A stretch of 64,000 nucleotides of DNA, taken from contig JAUIFF010000001.1 in the NCBI GenBank assembly GCA_030429545.1, positions 211,599 through 275,598 of the forward strand, written 5' to 3'. This document shows positions 19,600-28,069 of the stretch, piece after piece. The stretch comes from Polyangia bacterium. GTDB lineage: Bacteria; Myxococcota_A; Polyangia; Nannocystales; Nannocystaceae. A program made the position numbers and the translations under genes. The first letter of the stretch is position 1; every line of letters starts with the position of its first letter. The notes beneath the pieces are model-generated. The model saw nothing but the letters and a program-made list of their open reading frames with translations. It was not told the origin of the DNA and searched no databases.

Positions 19600-20783
19600 G
19601 GCATCAACTCCAGGGTCGCCGCATGTTCCCAGGCATGAAAGTCGGGCTTGCGTGTGGGCGTGAGGGCAAGCCCCTTGGTGCCGCGCCGTCCGGGCCGATC
19701 GAGGCGAAAAATATTGGCCCGGAGTGTGGTCCCCGCCTGTGGTGGGCACGTGATTGTTGTGTGTTCACATATTTCAGACCAGGCGATAGCAACCTCGGCC
19801 GACCATCCGCGGTCCCGATCGACCGGGCCGTCGAGGGTTCCGTCGACCTGTACGGCCGTTTGCCAGCTCGAGTCCCAGGCCTCGTCGCCCTTGCGGTAGC
19901 GGGGAAAGGCCGCATCAAACGTCACGCCCCGGGCAGAAATTTGATATTCGAGGTAGTTGTTGCCCGAGTTGTCACCGGCGATAAACACCTCAAAAACATC
20001 TTGTTTATACAACGGGTCGTCGTGCTGGCGATACTCGCTAAAAATGTCGATGTCGGGAATATCGCCAGCGAAGTAGAGGTGTTGGTCATCCCAAGCGGTC
20101 CAGACTCGGGTCGGCGTGTCGGGGTCGGGCTCGCCGTCTAGGCTCGTCACCAGCTGATGCCCGGGGGCCTGCCACGCGGCTTCGTCGAGCACCCCGTCGA
20201 TATTGGGTGATTGTGCAAGTTTTTTGACGGCGAGGTGGGTTGGCACCGCGGCGACCGGCACCTGGGCCAACAGTGCCCGACCGTCGTCGGTCCGTGGACC
20301 GGCAAGCGCGGGGTCGTTGTCGCAGCGGACCTCAATGACAGCGAGGGGCGGGTGCCAAGGAGCTGGCAACTCGACTTCTACGCTGTCAGCCAGCGAAACC
20401 CAGCGCGCACGTGGATCCTCCGGAGGTGGCGCCTCGTCGCCGCGCGGAACGATTTGCCGAGCGGAGGTCCGGGGGGGGCGTAGCCCTAGCTGGCAGTGCC
20501 CGGTGTCGCCGGTGGTGCTCAGCGAAACCGCAACGACCTGACCAGGTTGCAAAGGGGTGGGGGAGGCGACCCGTATGGCATCGATCGTCATTGCACTGGC
20601 AAAACGGATCGTACCCGAGAACGATCCGGCGTGCTCGGGATTTACCGGCGTCAATGTGCGGGTTGGCTCCGGTGGAGATTGTGCGCGTTCACGTGCGGTT
20701 CGCGGATCGCCGCAGCCGGCGACTGCCGCGAGTAGCACGAGTTTTATGTATGCGCATCGAAGTCTGGGGGCTGCAGTTCGCAC
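19596..20783 (-). CDS. Secreted protein with CBM9-like carbohydrate-binding domain (putative lipoprotein)
   Basis: Probable GTG start giving MRTAAPRLRCAYIKLVLLAAVAGCG. Central DGVLDEAAWQ...WTAWDDQHLYFAG block as in family-9-like carbohydrate-binding modules. Its stop abuts the start of the CAP gene. Confidence 0.55.
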   Translation of the reverse strand: MRTAAPRLRCAYIKLVLLAAVAGCGDPRTARERAQSPPEPTRTLTPVNPEHAGSFSGTIRFASAMTIDAIRVASPTPLQPGQVVAVSLSTTGDTGHCQLGLRPPRTSARQIVPRGDEAPPPEDPRARWVSLADSVEVELPAPWHPPLAVIEVRCDNDPALAGPRTDDGRALLAQVPVAAVPTHLAVKKLAQSPNIDGVLDEAAWQAPGHQLVTSLDGEPDPDTPTRVWTAWDDQHLYFAGDIPDIDIFSEYRQHDDPLYKQDVFEVFIAGDNSGNNYLEYQISARGVTFDAAFPRYRKGDEAWDSSWQTAVQVDGTLDGPVDRDRGWSAEVAIAWSEICEHTTITCPPQAGTTLRANIFRLDRPGRRGTKGLALTPTRKPDFHAWEHAATLELMP

Positions 20784-20847
20784 CCCGTTGCGATTTGAGC
20801 AAGCCAATTTTTTGAGCGGGCCGCAGCAGACCGTGCCTCCGCCGCTG

Positions 20848-21561
20848 CTAAAACCGAAACCCGAGGCCATGTCGCGGAGGTGGCAGACGGCCGGCTGTCG
20901 CCCGCGCATCGAGGTCGTCTTCGGAGTTGGAGGTGGCGGCCTTGATCGCAATCCCGGTGATTGCGGCCGCCGAGGCTACGATTGCGCCCAGCGTGACCCA
21001 AAAATACCATTTGCGATGGATCTTGACCGGCTCGGGCGGGGGCGGTGTGTCGTCGACGACCGGCGCTGGTTTGGGGGCCAAGGCCGCGAGTTTTGCCGCC
21101 CGTTGTTTGTCGAACTCGGCGCGATGGGTCGACGCAGGCTCATCCGAAACAGTTCCCCGAGACATGTCCTCGAGGTCGGATATTGTCGCCTCGATCTCCG
21201 TGCGCTCGGGCGAGTTTGGCGGGAGGTCGGCGAGTACTTGCTGCCAGGCTGCGAGCGCACAGGCGTAGTCTCCGGCCTGCTCACAGACCCGGGCACGGGC
21301 GCGGGTGTTCTCGGGGTCTTCGCCCTCCTGCGCAGCTGTCAGCTCGCGGGCGGTGCTCAAATCACCTTCGGCGAGGGCATCGTCGACGGTTTGCTCGGCC
21401 GCCGGTTGCTGGGGTGCGGGCTTGGGTCCTTCAACCGCGCGGTGTGCCAGCGCTGATTGGGGGACCATTGCGACCACAAGCGCCACGCAGACGAGTGGTC
21501 GCCACCAGCCGACGCGGGGACGTTGACGGTCAGTCATAGGTGCTGCGCGATGCCGCTTCAT
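20848..21561 (-). CDS. Hypothetical secreted/membrane-anchored protein
   Basis: Signal-like N-terminus (WWRPLVCVALVVAMVPQSALA), Ala/Glu-rich helical middle and a C-terminal TM helix (KWYFWVTLGAIVASAAAITGIAI). Confidence 0.4.
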   Translation of the reverse strand: MKRHRAAPMTDRQRPRVGWWRPLVCVALVVAMVPQSALAHRAVEGPKPAPQQPAAEQTVDDALAEGDLSTARELTAAQEGEDPENTRARARVCEQAGDYACALAAWQQVLADLPPNSPERTEIEATISDLEDMSRGTVSDEPASTHRAEFDKQRAAKLAALAPKPAPVVDDTPPPPEPVKIHRKWYFWVTLGAIVASAAAITGIAIKAATSNSEDDLDARATAGRLPPPRHGLGFRF

Positions 21562-21583
21562 GAAGTCTGCGGAGCATACCAGC

Positions 21584-23542
21584 TCAGTCGCCAAAGTGGC
21601 GCTCGAGCAGGCGACGCGCAACTTCCATAAAGTCGCCACCGGTGATCAGGCCCACGAGTTTGCCCTCGGACAGCACCGGCAGGCTGCTGGTGCGGTGCTT
21701 CCGCATCAGGGCAATCGCTTCGAGCGTGGGTGTAGATGGTTGCACGACCGCCGGTGGATCGCTCATGACGTCCTCGACCAACAGCGGGTCCTCGTTTTCG
21801 CGACGCGTCCCCTTGGCGATCACGTTGAGCAGTTCGCGGTGCGAGATGATGCCCTTAAACACACCGTCCTTGTCTTCGACCGGGATGTGACGGATGTGTT
21901 CCCAGGTCATGAGGTTGACGGCGAGGTCGACGATGTCGTCCGGCCGCACGGTCAACAGGTCGGTGGTCATAAACTGGCGAACCGTCCGAAAGCTCTCCCG
22001 CCAGTCGCGGGAGTCCTCGTCGGGGAGGCTGGCCAGGTCCCACTCGTGGACTGGTGCGCCGGTTAGTTGATTCTGCAACATTGCCGAGGCGACGGCGCGG
22101 CAACGGAGATCACGCGTGGTATCGGTTTCTCGCAGGGAGGCCAGCGAGCTCAGGACCCAGCGTGAGCCGGTGCGTTGAGCCCGTACACGCGACTCGATCA
22201 CCTCGAGGTAGGTGTCGCTGTCCTTTTGGTTGATACCCGCGATTTTTAGACCCTCGCGCGCCTGTGGCAGCAGGTCGTTGAGGATGAGGTCGGCGGCGGT
22301 CCAGGTTTTGCCGCCGAGCCACGTGAACTGGGCCTGCAAGCCGTGGCGCGCGGCTGCAAAGAAGTTGCCCTTGGCGTCGTCAAAGGCCATCTCCTCGTGA
22401 ATTCGCGGGTGCTCGTCGGCGTAGGTTGCCATCAGGCCAAAGAAGAATGCCGCGTTGGCGATCTCGTCGCGGATGCTGGGGCCCGCCGGGAGCACCCGGT
22501 TTTCGATGCGAAGGTGTGGCTTGCCGTCTGAGATCCCATAACAGGCACGGTTCCACCGGTAGATGGTGCCGGCGTGCAGGCGCAGGGCCGAAAGCTTGGG
22601 GACATCGCCGCGCTCGAGCACCGACATTGGATCTTCGTCGCGGGTACCTGCGATCAACAGCCGAAACCGGGCGATGTCTTCGCGGAAAATTTCGAGAACA
22701 GACTCGCTGACCCAGCGATCGCCAAAGTGGACGCGCGGGCGATGGCCGCGGACGTGCTCGGCAAACGAGCGGGTGTCGAGCGAGCGCTGAAACAACGCGA
22801 CCCGGGTCTCTTGCCACAGGCGTTGGCCGAGCAGCACCGGCGAGTTGACGGCGGCGGCCAGTACCGGCGCAGTGACGGCCTGGGCGAGGTTGTAGAGCTT
22901 GGCAAACTCTTCGGGGCGCACCTGAAAGTGGATTTGAAAGCTGGTGTTGCAGGCCTCGAGCATGACGTTGTCATGCTCCATCTCCAGCTCATCGACCCCC
23001 TTGATCACCACGTGAAACGCCCCGCGCCGGAGGTTACACATGATGCGGTTGAGCTCGTGGTAACGTGGCTTTGGGGTCATGTTGCTGATGGCGAGGTCCT
23101 CCTTCGACAGGGTTGGGAGGGTGCCGCACAGCAACACATTGGCGCCGAATTTACGGGCGCCTTCGCGGGTTCGTTCGACGCAGTAGCTCAGCTCCTCTTC
23201 CATCTCGCGTAGGCAGTGCTCACCAAACACCCGCGGCTCGAGGTTGGCCTCGAGGTTAAACCGGGCCAGCTCGGTGGTGAGAAACGGCTCGTTGAGTGTC
23301 TCTAAAATCTCGGTTGCCAGCGGGGCCGGGCCCATGCCGCTGTCGACCAAAAACATTTCCTGCTCGGCGCCGATCCGGCGGATGCCCGCCTCAAAGCGAT
23401 CGTGCTCGAGCATGAATTCTAGGGCCCGCATGTCGGCGAGCAACGCCCGCATAAACTCGGTCAGCCGGCGCTTGTCATTTTGCTTGGGGATATTGACTTC
23501 ACCCATAGCTGCGAAACTATCTCGAATCATCACACCCGTCAC
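21584..23542 (-). CDS. Glutamate-cysteine ligase family 2 (GCS2/YbdK-like carboxylate-amine ligase) fused to tandem CBS domains
   Basis: 652 aa; the N-terminal ~450 aa match the GCS2 fold, and the C-terminal ~130 aa are two CBS-like repeats. Confidence 0.75.
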   Translation of the reverse strand: MTGVMIRDSFAAMGEVNIPKQNDKRRLTEFMRALLADMRALEFMLEHDRFEAGIRRIGAEQEMFLVDSGMGPAPLATEILETLNEPFLTTELARFNLEANLEPRVFGEHCLREMEEELSYCVERTREGARKFGANVLLCGTLPTLSKEDLAISNMTPKPRYHELNRIMCNLRRGAFHVVIKGVDELEMEHDNVMLEACNTSFQIHFQVRPEEFAKLYNLAQAVTAPVLAAAVNSPVLLGQRLWQETRVALFQRSLDTRSFAEHVRGHRPRVHFGDRWVSESVLEIFREDIARFRLLIAGTRDEDPMSVLERGDVPKLSALRLHAGTIYRWNRACYGISDGKPHLRIENRVLPAGPSIRDEIANAAFFFGLMATYADEHPRIHEEMAFDDAKGNFFAAARHGLQAQFTWLGGKTWTAADLILNDLLPQAREGLKIAGINQKDSDTYLEVIESRVRAQRTGSRWVLSSLASLRETDTTRDLRCRAVASAMLQNQLTGAPVHEWDLASLPDEDSRDWRESFRTVRQFMTTDLLTVRPDDIVDLAVNLMTWEHIRHIPVEDKDGVFKGIISHRELLNVIAKGTRRENEDPLLVEDVMSDPPAVVQPSTPTLEAIALMRKHRTSSLPVLSEGKLVGLITGGDFMEVARRLLERHFGD

Positions 23543-23585
23543 CCGAGGTGCCCGCTTTCTCAGTCCGTTGTGAGCTGAACAAAAG

Positions 23586-24404
23586 TTGAGTAAATCGTGG
23601 GCCGCGGAGTGCTATACGCCGGGCGTGACAGCGGACAAGGTGCGCAGCAAAGGCCTCAAAAAGATCGATGAACTCGCGGCGATTCTCGAGAAGTCGGGTG
23701 GCGACGCCCAGCGTCTCGAAGTTCTCAAGCGCACGCAAAAGTTCAAGCGTTCGTGGGTCGACTTAGCCGAGGTGCTGGCCAAGGTACGGAAGTCGGGGGC
23801 CTACAAGCGCTGGGGTTTTAACGACTTCTACGCCTATGCAAGTGAGGAGCTCGCGCTTAAAAAACCGACCGTCGACAAGCTCGTTCTCAGCTACAGCACC
23901 CTGCGAAGCCATGCCCCTGAGGTCCTCAAATGGGACGGCGTAGCCAAGGTGATCCCGAGTTACGAAGCCGTCAACTACTACTCACAGGTGTTGCCGCCGG
24001 GTGACGACGAAGAGACGCAACAATTACCGAGGCAGCGGCGAAAAGTTGAACTGGTGCCGCCAGCCCCGGATGTCCTGGCCGAGATGAAGACCGCCGTGTT
24101 CGACGAGGGTAAGCCGGTGACCGAGTTGCGCAAGCGGTTTGACAAGGTGCTGTACCCCAAGCCCAAGGGCGCAGAAAAACTCGAGGTCATCAAAAAAGCG
24201 AACAACGCCGCCCGGCGGCTCGCGGAGTTGTTGCCGGATATCGACGGGCTCTCGGACAAGCTCGCGCGCAACCTCGAGCGCGAACTCGGAGCGCTGCGCA
24301 ACGAGCTCAATGAACTTGCCGCCCCGCTTGAGGAAAAACTTGGTCGTACAAGTAAAAAGGCGCGGCCCAAGGCGCCCAAGCTGCGAGCGGTCAATCCCCA
24401 GTAG
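23586..24404 (+). CDS. Hypothetical protein
   Basis: 272-aa charged, helical ORF; no family recognised. Confidence 0.45.
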   Translation: MSKSWAAECYTPGVTADKVRSKGLKKIDELAAILEKSGGDAQRLEVLKRTQKFKRSWVDLAEVLAKVRKSGAYKRWGFNDFYAYASEELALKKPTVDKLVLSYSTLRSHAPEVLKWDGVAKVIPSYEAVNYYSQVLPPGDDEETQQLPRQRRKVELVPPAPDVLAEMKTAVFDEGKPVTELRKRFDKVLYPKPKGAEKLEVIKKANNAARRLAELLPDIDGLSDKLARNLERELGALRNELNELAAPLEEKLGRTSKKARPKAPKLRAVNPQ

Positions 24405-24505
24405 CGGCAGCGATGTCCGACCGTAGGCGCCAGCGCGCCGACATGTGACCGGAATCTCAAGAAATCACGCGGAGTCACGCCGGTCCGGGTGGCGGATTTC
24501 GAGGT

Positions 24506-25261
24506 TTGGGTCAGGTTGTCGCCATGACCTTTCGACCTCGCTTCTCCAAAACCCGTTCGCTGGCCGTTATTTCGCTCGCCACCGTCGTGGCAGGCATAAC
24601 CCACCTGAGCTCCGGTAAGTTGCTCGCGCGAAATCGTGTGGAGGAGCCCAAGTATACGGTCGTCGCCAAACACACGGCTGCGGACTTCGACTATGAAGTA
24701 CGTGCATATGCACCTCAAGTCGTGGCACAAACGGTCGTCAAGGCTAAAACCCGTCGCGCCGCGAGCAATGCCGGGTTTCGGATTTTGGCCAAGTACATCT
24801 TTGGCGGCAACCACCAACGCTCTGAGATCGCAATGACGGCCCCGGTTCAGGTCAACCAGGGGCAAAACATCGAGATGACGACGCCTGTACAAGTCGCCGG
24901 CAAGGGGCAGTCGATCGAAATGACGGCTCCGGTCGGGCAAACCGAAACCGCAGATGGATGGGTCATCACGTTCACCATGCCGAGCGAGTGGACGCTCGAA
25001 AGCTTGCCGGTGCCCAATGACGCCCGTGTCGAGCTGCGCGAGGTGCCCGAACGGCAGGTTGCCGTGCGCTCGTTTTCTGGCGCACCCGGGCCCAAAACCG
25101 TGCAGACGCGGATGGACGAGTTTGTCGCCGAACTCACAGCTCGAGGCTTTCGCGTGCGGGAGGGGGTTGAGCCGGTGTACGCCCGCTACGACCCTCCATG
25201 GACCCCCTGGTTTTTGCGTCGCAACGAGATCCATGTCGAGCTCGCCGCGGTCCCCGGGTGA
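24506..25261 (+). CDS. SOUL/HBP heme-binding-family protein
   Basis: N-terminal signal/anchor, then EPKYTVVAKHTAADFDYEVRAYAP...FRILAKYIFGGN, matching the SOUL family. The 442-aa antisense ORF over this region is a high-GC artefact. Confidence 0.7.
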   Translation: MGQVVAMTFRPRFSKTRSLAVISLATVVAGITHLSSGKLLARNRVEEPKYTVVAKHTAADFDYEVRAYAPQVVAQTVVKAKTRRAASNAGFRILAKYIFGGNHQRSEIAMTAPVQVNQGQNIEMTTPVQVAGKGQSIEMTAPVGQTETADGWVITFTMPSEWTLESLPVPNDARVELREVPERQVAVRSFSGAPGPKTVQTRMDEFVAELTARGFRVREGVEPVYARYDPPWTPWFLRRNEIHVELAAVPG

Positions 25262-25315
25262 CCGGTTGCAGGTGGCTAAATTCGCCGTCGCCAGTTCGTA
25301 TGGCAAGATAGCCGG

Positions 25316-26716
25316 GTGGAGCCCGAGCCCAGCCTCGAAAAGCCGTCGGCCTCGATGGCAGAGCTGCCGCTACGCGTGGCTCGGACCGCACTCACGGGTT
25401 TACAGCCCGAAGAAGTGAGCCGGGCCCGCGCCTATCTTTTTCCCGACATTCCCCAGCACGGCGTCAGTCGGGGGCGAAAAATTTGGTTGTTGGTCGCCTA
25501 CACCCTGCGCCGGTGGTTACAGGTCGACCGGGCCACGAGCCTGGCTTCAACGCTATCCCTGCAAACCCTACTCTCGGTCGTGCCCGTCGCCGGGTTGTTG
25601 CTCACCGGTGTCGGCCTGCTCGGGCGCGAGAGCGGGGGAAAGTTGCTGCAGCAAATAGCGATCGTACTGATCCCCGAAACCGACCGGGCAGCACGGATCG
25701 CCGATGCGGTGTTTGACCTCGCCAACAACATCACCGTGGAACGGCTCGGGCTCTCGGGGTTTTTGAGTGCGCTGATCGTCGCCTCGTTGTTGTTTTTGAC
25801 CCTCGAGAAGACCACCAACCGGATTTGGGGGGTCACGCGCAAGCGCAGTCCAATCAACAAATTCACAATGTTTTGGACGCTGGCAACCCTCGCGCCATTG
25901 ATTATTATCTATAGTTTGGCGCAGCCGGTGTTCTCAGAAATATCGGAACAGTCATTTATCCCCACACCGATTTTGACAACCGCGGTCGGGCTTGTGTTGC
26001 TCAATCGGTTTATGCCGAACAACGCGGTTAAATGGCCTGCGGCGCTGTGTGGCGGGGTATTGTCAGCACTTTTGTTTGAAGTTGGGAAGTGGGGTTTTGG
26101 CGGCTATCTCGCGGTCGTTTCCCACTACGAAAGTGTCTACGGTTCGCTGTCGGTGCTGCCGGTCTTTACCCTGTGGACATACGTCTCGTGGATGCTCGTA
26201 CTCCTCGGGGTTGAAGTGTCATTTGTGTTGCAACACCTCGACGTCGTCGAAAAAGAGGGGTTTGTCAATCCGAGCCTGCGCCGGGACCTGTTGCGCCCAG
26301 CCCCGACCGGGCGAATGGCCCTGCGCTTGATGCTGGCGATTTGCGACCACTACGATCTGCGCAACACCGGGCTGACGATCGCCGAACTCGAAGACCGCTA
26401 CCAACTCGGGATCGAGCAGACCAACGCCATCATCCAACGTCTAGGCGAGGCGGGGTTTGTGCTCGAGATGGCGGCGGAGGAGTCTTGCTATGTCCCGGGC
26501 CGTCCGCTCGACCAGATTTTGGTGCGCGACATCCTGGTGCTGTTCGACGCTCCCGACTTGGCGAGAGTTCGCCGCGACGACACCCTGGCGAAGTTGTTTC
26601 ACAAACTCGACTCCGACCAGGAGCGGGTGTTCGGCCGGTTGACCTACCAGCAGTTGATCGAGCAGTCCCGGAGTCGGCGTTCGTCGACCCGGGCCCGCGA
26701 TATCGAACACTCCTAG
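25316..26716 (+). CDS. YihY/BrkB family membrane protein with C-terminal cytoplasmic extension
   Basis: 6-TM core with YihY-like blocks (SLQTLLSVVPVAGLL, YGSLSVLPVFTLW) plus a ~140-aa soluble tail. Confidence 0.7.
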   Translation: MEPEPSLEKPSASMAELPLRVARTALTGLQPEEVSRARAYLFPDIPQHGVSRGRKIWLLVAYTLRRWLQVDRATSLASTLSLQTLLSVVPVAGLLLTGVGLLGRESGGKLLQQIAIVLIPETDRAARIADAVFDLANNITVERLGLSGFLSALIVASLLFLTLEKTTNRIWGVTRKRSPINKFTMFWTLATLAPLIIIYSLAQPVFSEISEQSFIPTPILTTAVGLVLLNRFMPNNAVKWPAALCGGVLSALLFEVGKWGFGGYLAVVSHYESVYGSLSVLPVFTLWTYVSWMLVLLGVEVSFVLQHLDVVEKEGFVNPSLRRDLLRPAPTGRMALRLMLAICDHYDLRNTGLTIAELEDRYQLGIEQTNAIIQRLGEAGFVLEMAAEESCYVPGRPLDQILVRDILVLFDAPDLARVRRDDTLAKLFHKLDSDQERVFGRLTYQQLIEQSRSRRSSTRARDIEHS

Positions 26717-26860
26717 CGAACGGGTGGTGCGATCCGCATTGGCGACTTGGTGAGGATGCAACTTAAACGTTGTACGTACTTGCTTTTTTGGCCGCAAAAG
26801 TTTCGCAGACAAGCTGGTTTTTCGTTGACGACATGTGTGAGAGGCGCCTACCGTCCCGGT

Positions 26861-28066
26861 ATGCCTTACGGTTCCTTGGGTCGGTGCACATGTCTCGGAT
26901 TGTTGATTGCGCTTGCATCGGGTTGTGGCGATGGCGGCGGGCGTGAGGACGAGTCTGCCTCGAATGCCAGCTTACCCACAGGCATCACAACGCTGACGAC
27001 GGCCGGACCGGGCGGCAGCGAGTCGGATGCAGATACATCGAATGCGAGTGAGGCAGGCAGTGACTCGGCGAGTGAGACCGGCGACACCACGACGTCGGGC
27101 TCTGAGTCCGAGTCTGACGCGAGTACGAGCCCGTTTACGACCAGCGACAGTGATACCAGCACCAGCGATAGCGATAGCGATCCGTCGACCTCGACCACGG
27201 GGTTTGGTTGCGGCGATGGGGGCGAGTACGGCTGCGACAAGGTCGACTTTTTGTTTGTCATCGACAACTCGGGCTCGATGGGCGACAACCAAGACAACCT
27301 GATCGCCAGCTTTCCCGGGTTTATTTCGACGATTCAAAACACCCTGCCCGACAACGATTACCACATCATGGTGGTCGATACCGATGCCGGCAAGGGGGTT
27401 GAGCTACAGCTGTGTATCAACCAGTGTATGAACAACCCCGGGCTGCAGACCTGTTTCCCGTTTGGCTACCCGTGCAATCCGCTGCCCGATGAGTGCGACG
27501 AAACGCTCGGCGCTGGGGTGGTGTACCCAATCGGTGGTGATGCAACAAATGAGTATTGCAATCTCTTTGGCGGAAACCGCTACATCCTCCACGACGATCC
27601 GAACATCGCCGATTCGTTTGCCTGTGTTGCCAAGGTTGGCGACGACGGTGATGGCAGCGAGCGCCCGGCCGAGGCCATGGTGAGTGCCCTGAGTTTCCAG
27701 CAAAACCAGCCCGGTGCCTGCAACGAAGGGTTTTTGCGGGACGATGCCCTGTTGGTGATCACGATTATCACCGACGAGCCTGATACCAACTCCCAGGGGA
27801 TTCCCGCCGGTTGGGCGGCAAACGTGATCGCCGCGAAAAAGGGCGACCAATCCCGCGTGGTGGTGTTGGGCCTGTTTACCGACCCTGAACAGCCAAACCC
27901 CGTGTGCAGCATGGAGCACGCCCCGGCGCCGCAGTTGCGGGAATTTGCCCAGTCGTTTAGCAACAACATTATCGCCAGTGTGTGCGAGCCCAACTACGCC
28001 AGCTTCTTTGGCCAGGCAGTCAGCCTGATCGACAACGCCTGTTGCGAGTTTGAGCCGCCGCAGTAG
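26861..28066 (+). CDS. von Willebrand factor A domain lipoprotein
   Basis: Start at MPYGSLGRCTCLGLLIALASGCG (lipobox). Acidic Ser/Thr/Asp linker, then the MIDAS motif DFLFVIDNSGSM and a vWA-like fold. Confidence 0.7.
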   Translation: MPYGSLGRCTCLGLLIALASGCGDGGGREDESASNASLPTGITTLTTAGPGGSESDADTSNASEAGSDSASETGDTTTSGSESESDASTSPFTTSDSDTSTSDSDSDPSTSTTGFGCGDGGEYGCDKVDFLFVIDNSGSMGDNQDNLIASFPGFISTIQNTLPDNDYHIMVVDTDAGKGVELQLCINQCMNNPGLQTCFPFGYPCNPLPDECDETLGAGVVYPIGGDATNEYCNLFGGNRYILHDDPNIADSFACVAKVGDDGDGSERPAEAMVSALSFQQNQPGACNEGFLRDDALLVITIITDEPDTNSQGIPAGWAANVIAAKKGDQSRVVVLGLFTDPEQPNPVCSMEHAPAPQLREFAQSFSNNIIASVCEPNYASFFGQAVSLIDNACCEFEPPQ

Positions 28067-28069
28067 CGA

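Noticed and set aside
20557-21456. 299-aa plus-strand ORF
   Set aside because: Antisense to the CBM9-like and hypothetical secreted protein genes; Gly/Arg-rich with no domain signal.
22574-23212. 212-aa plus-strand ORF
   Set aside because: Antisense to the GCS2-CBS ligase gene.
23978-25306. 442-aa minus-strand ORF
   Set aside because: Antisense to two plus-strand genes including a confidently assigned SOUL heme-binding protein; low-complexity Ser/Arg-rich tail.
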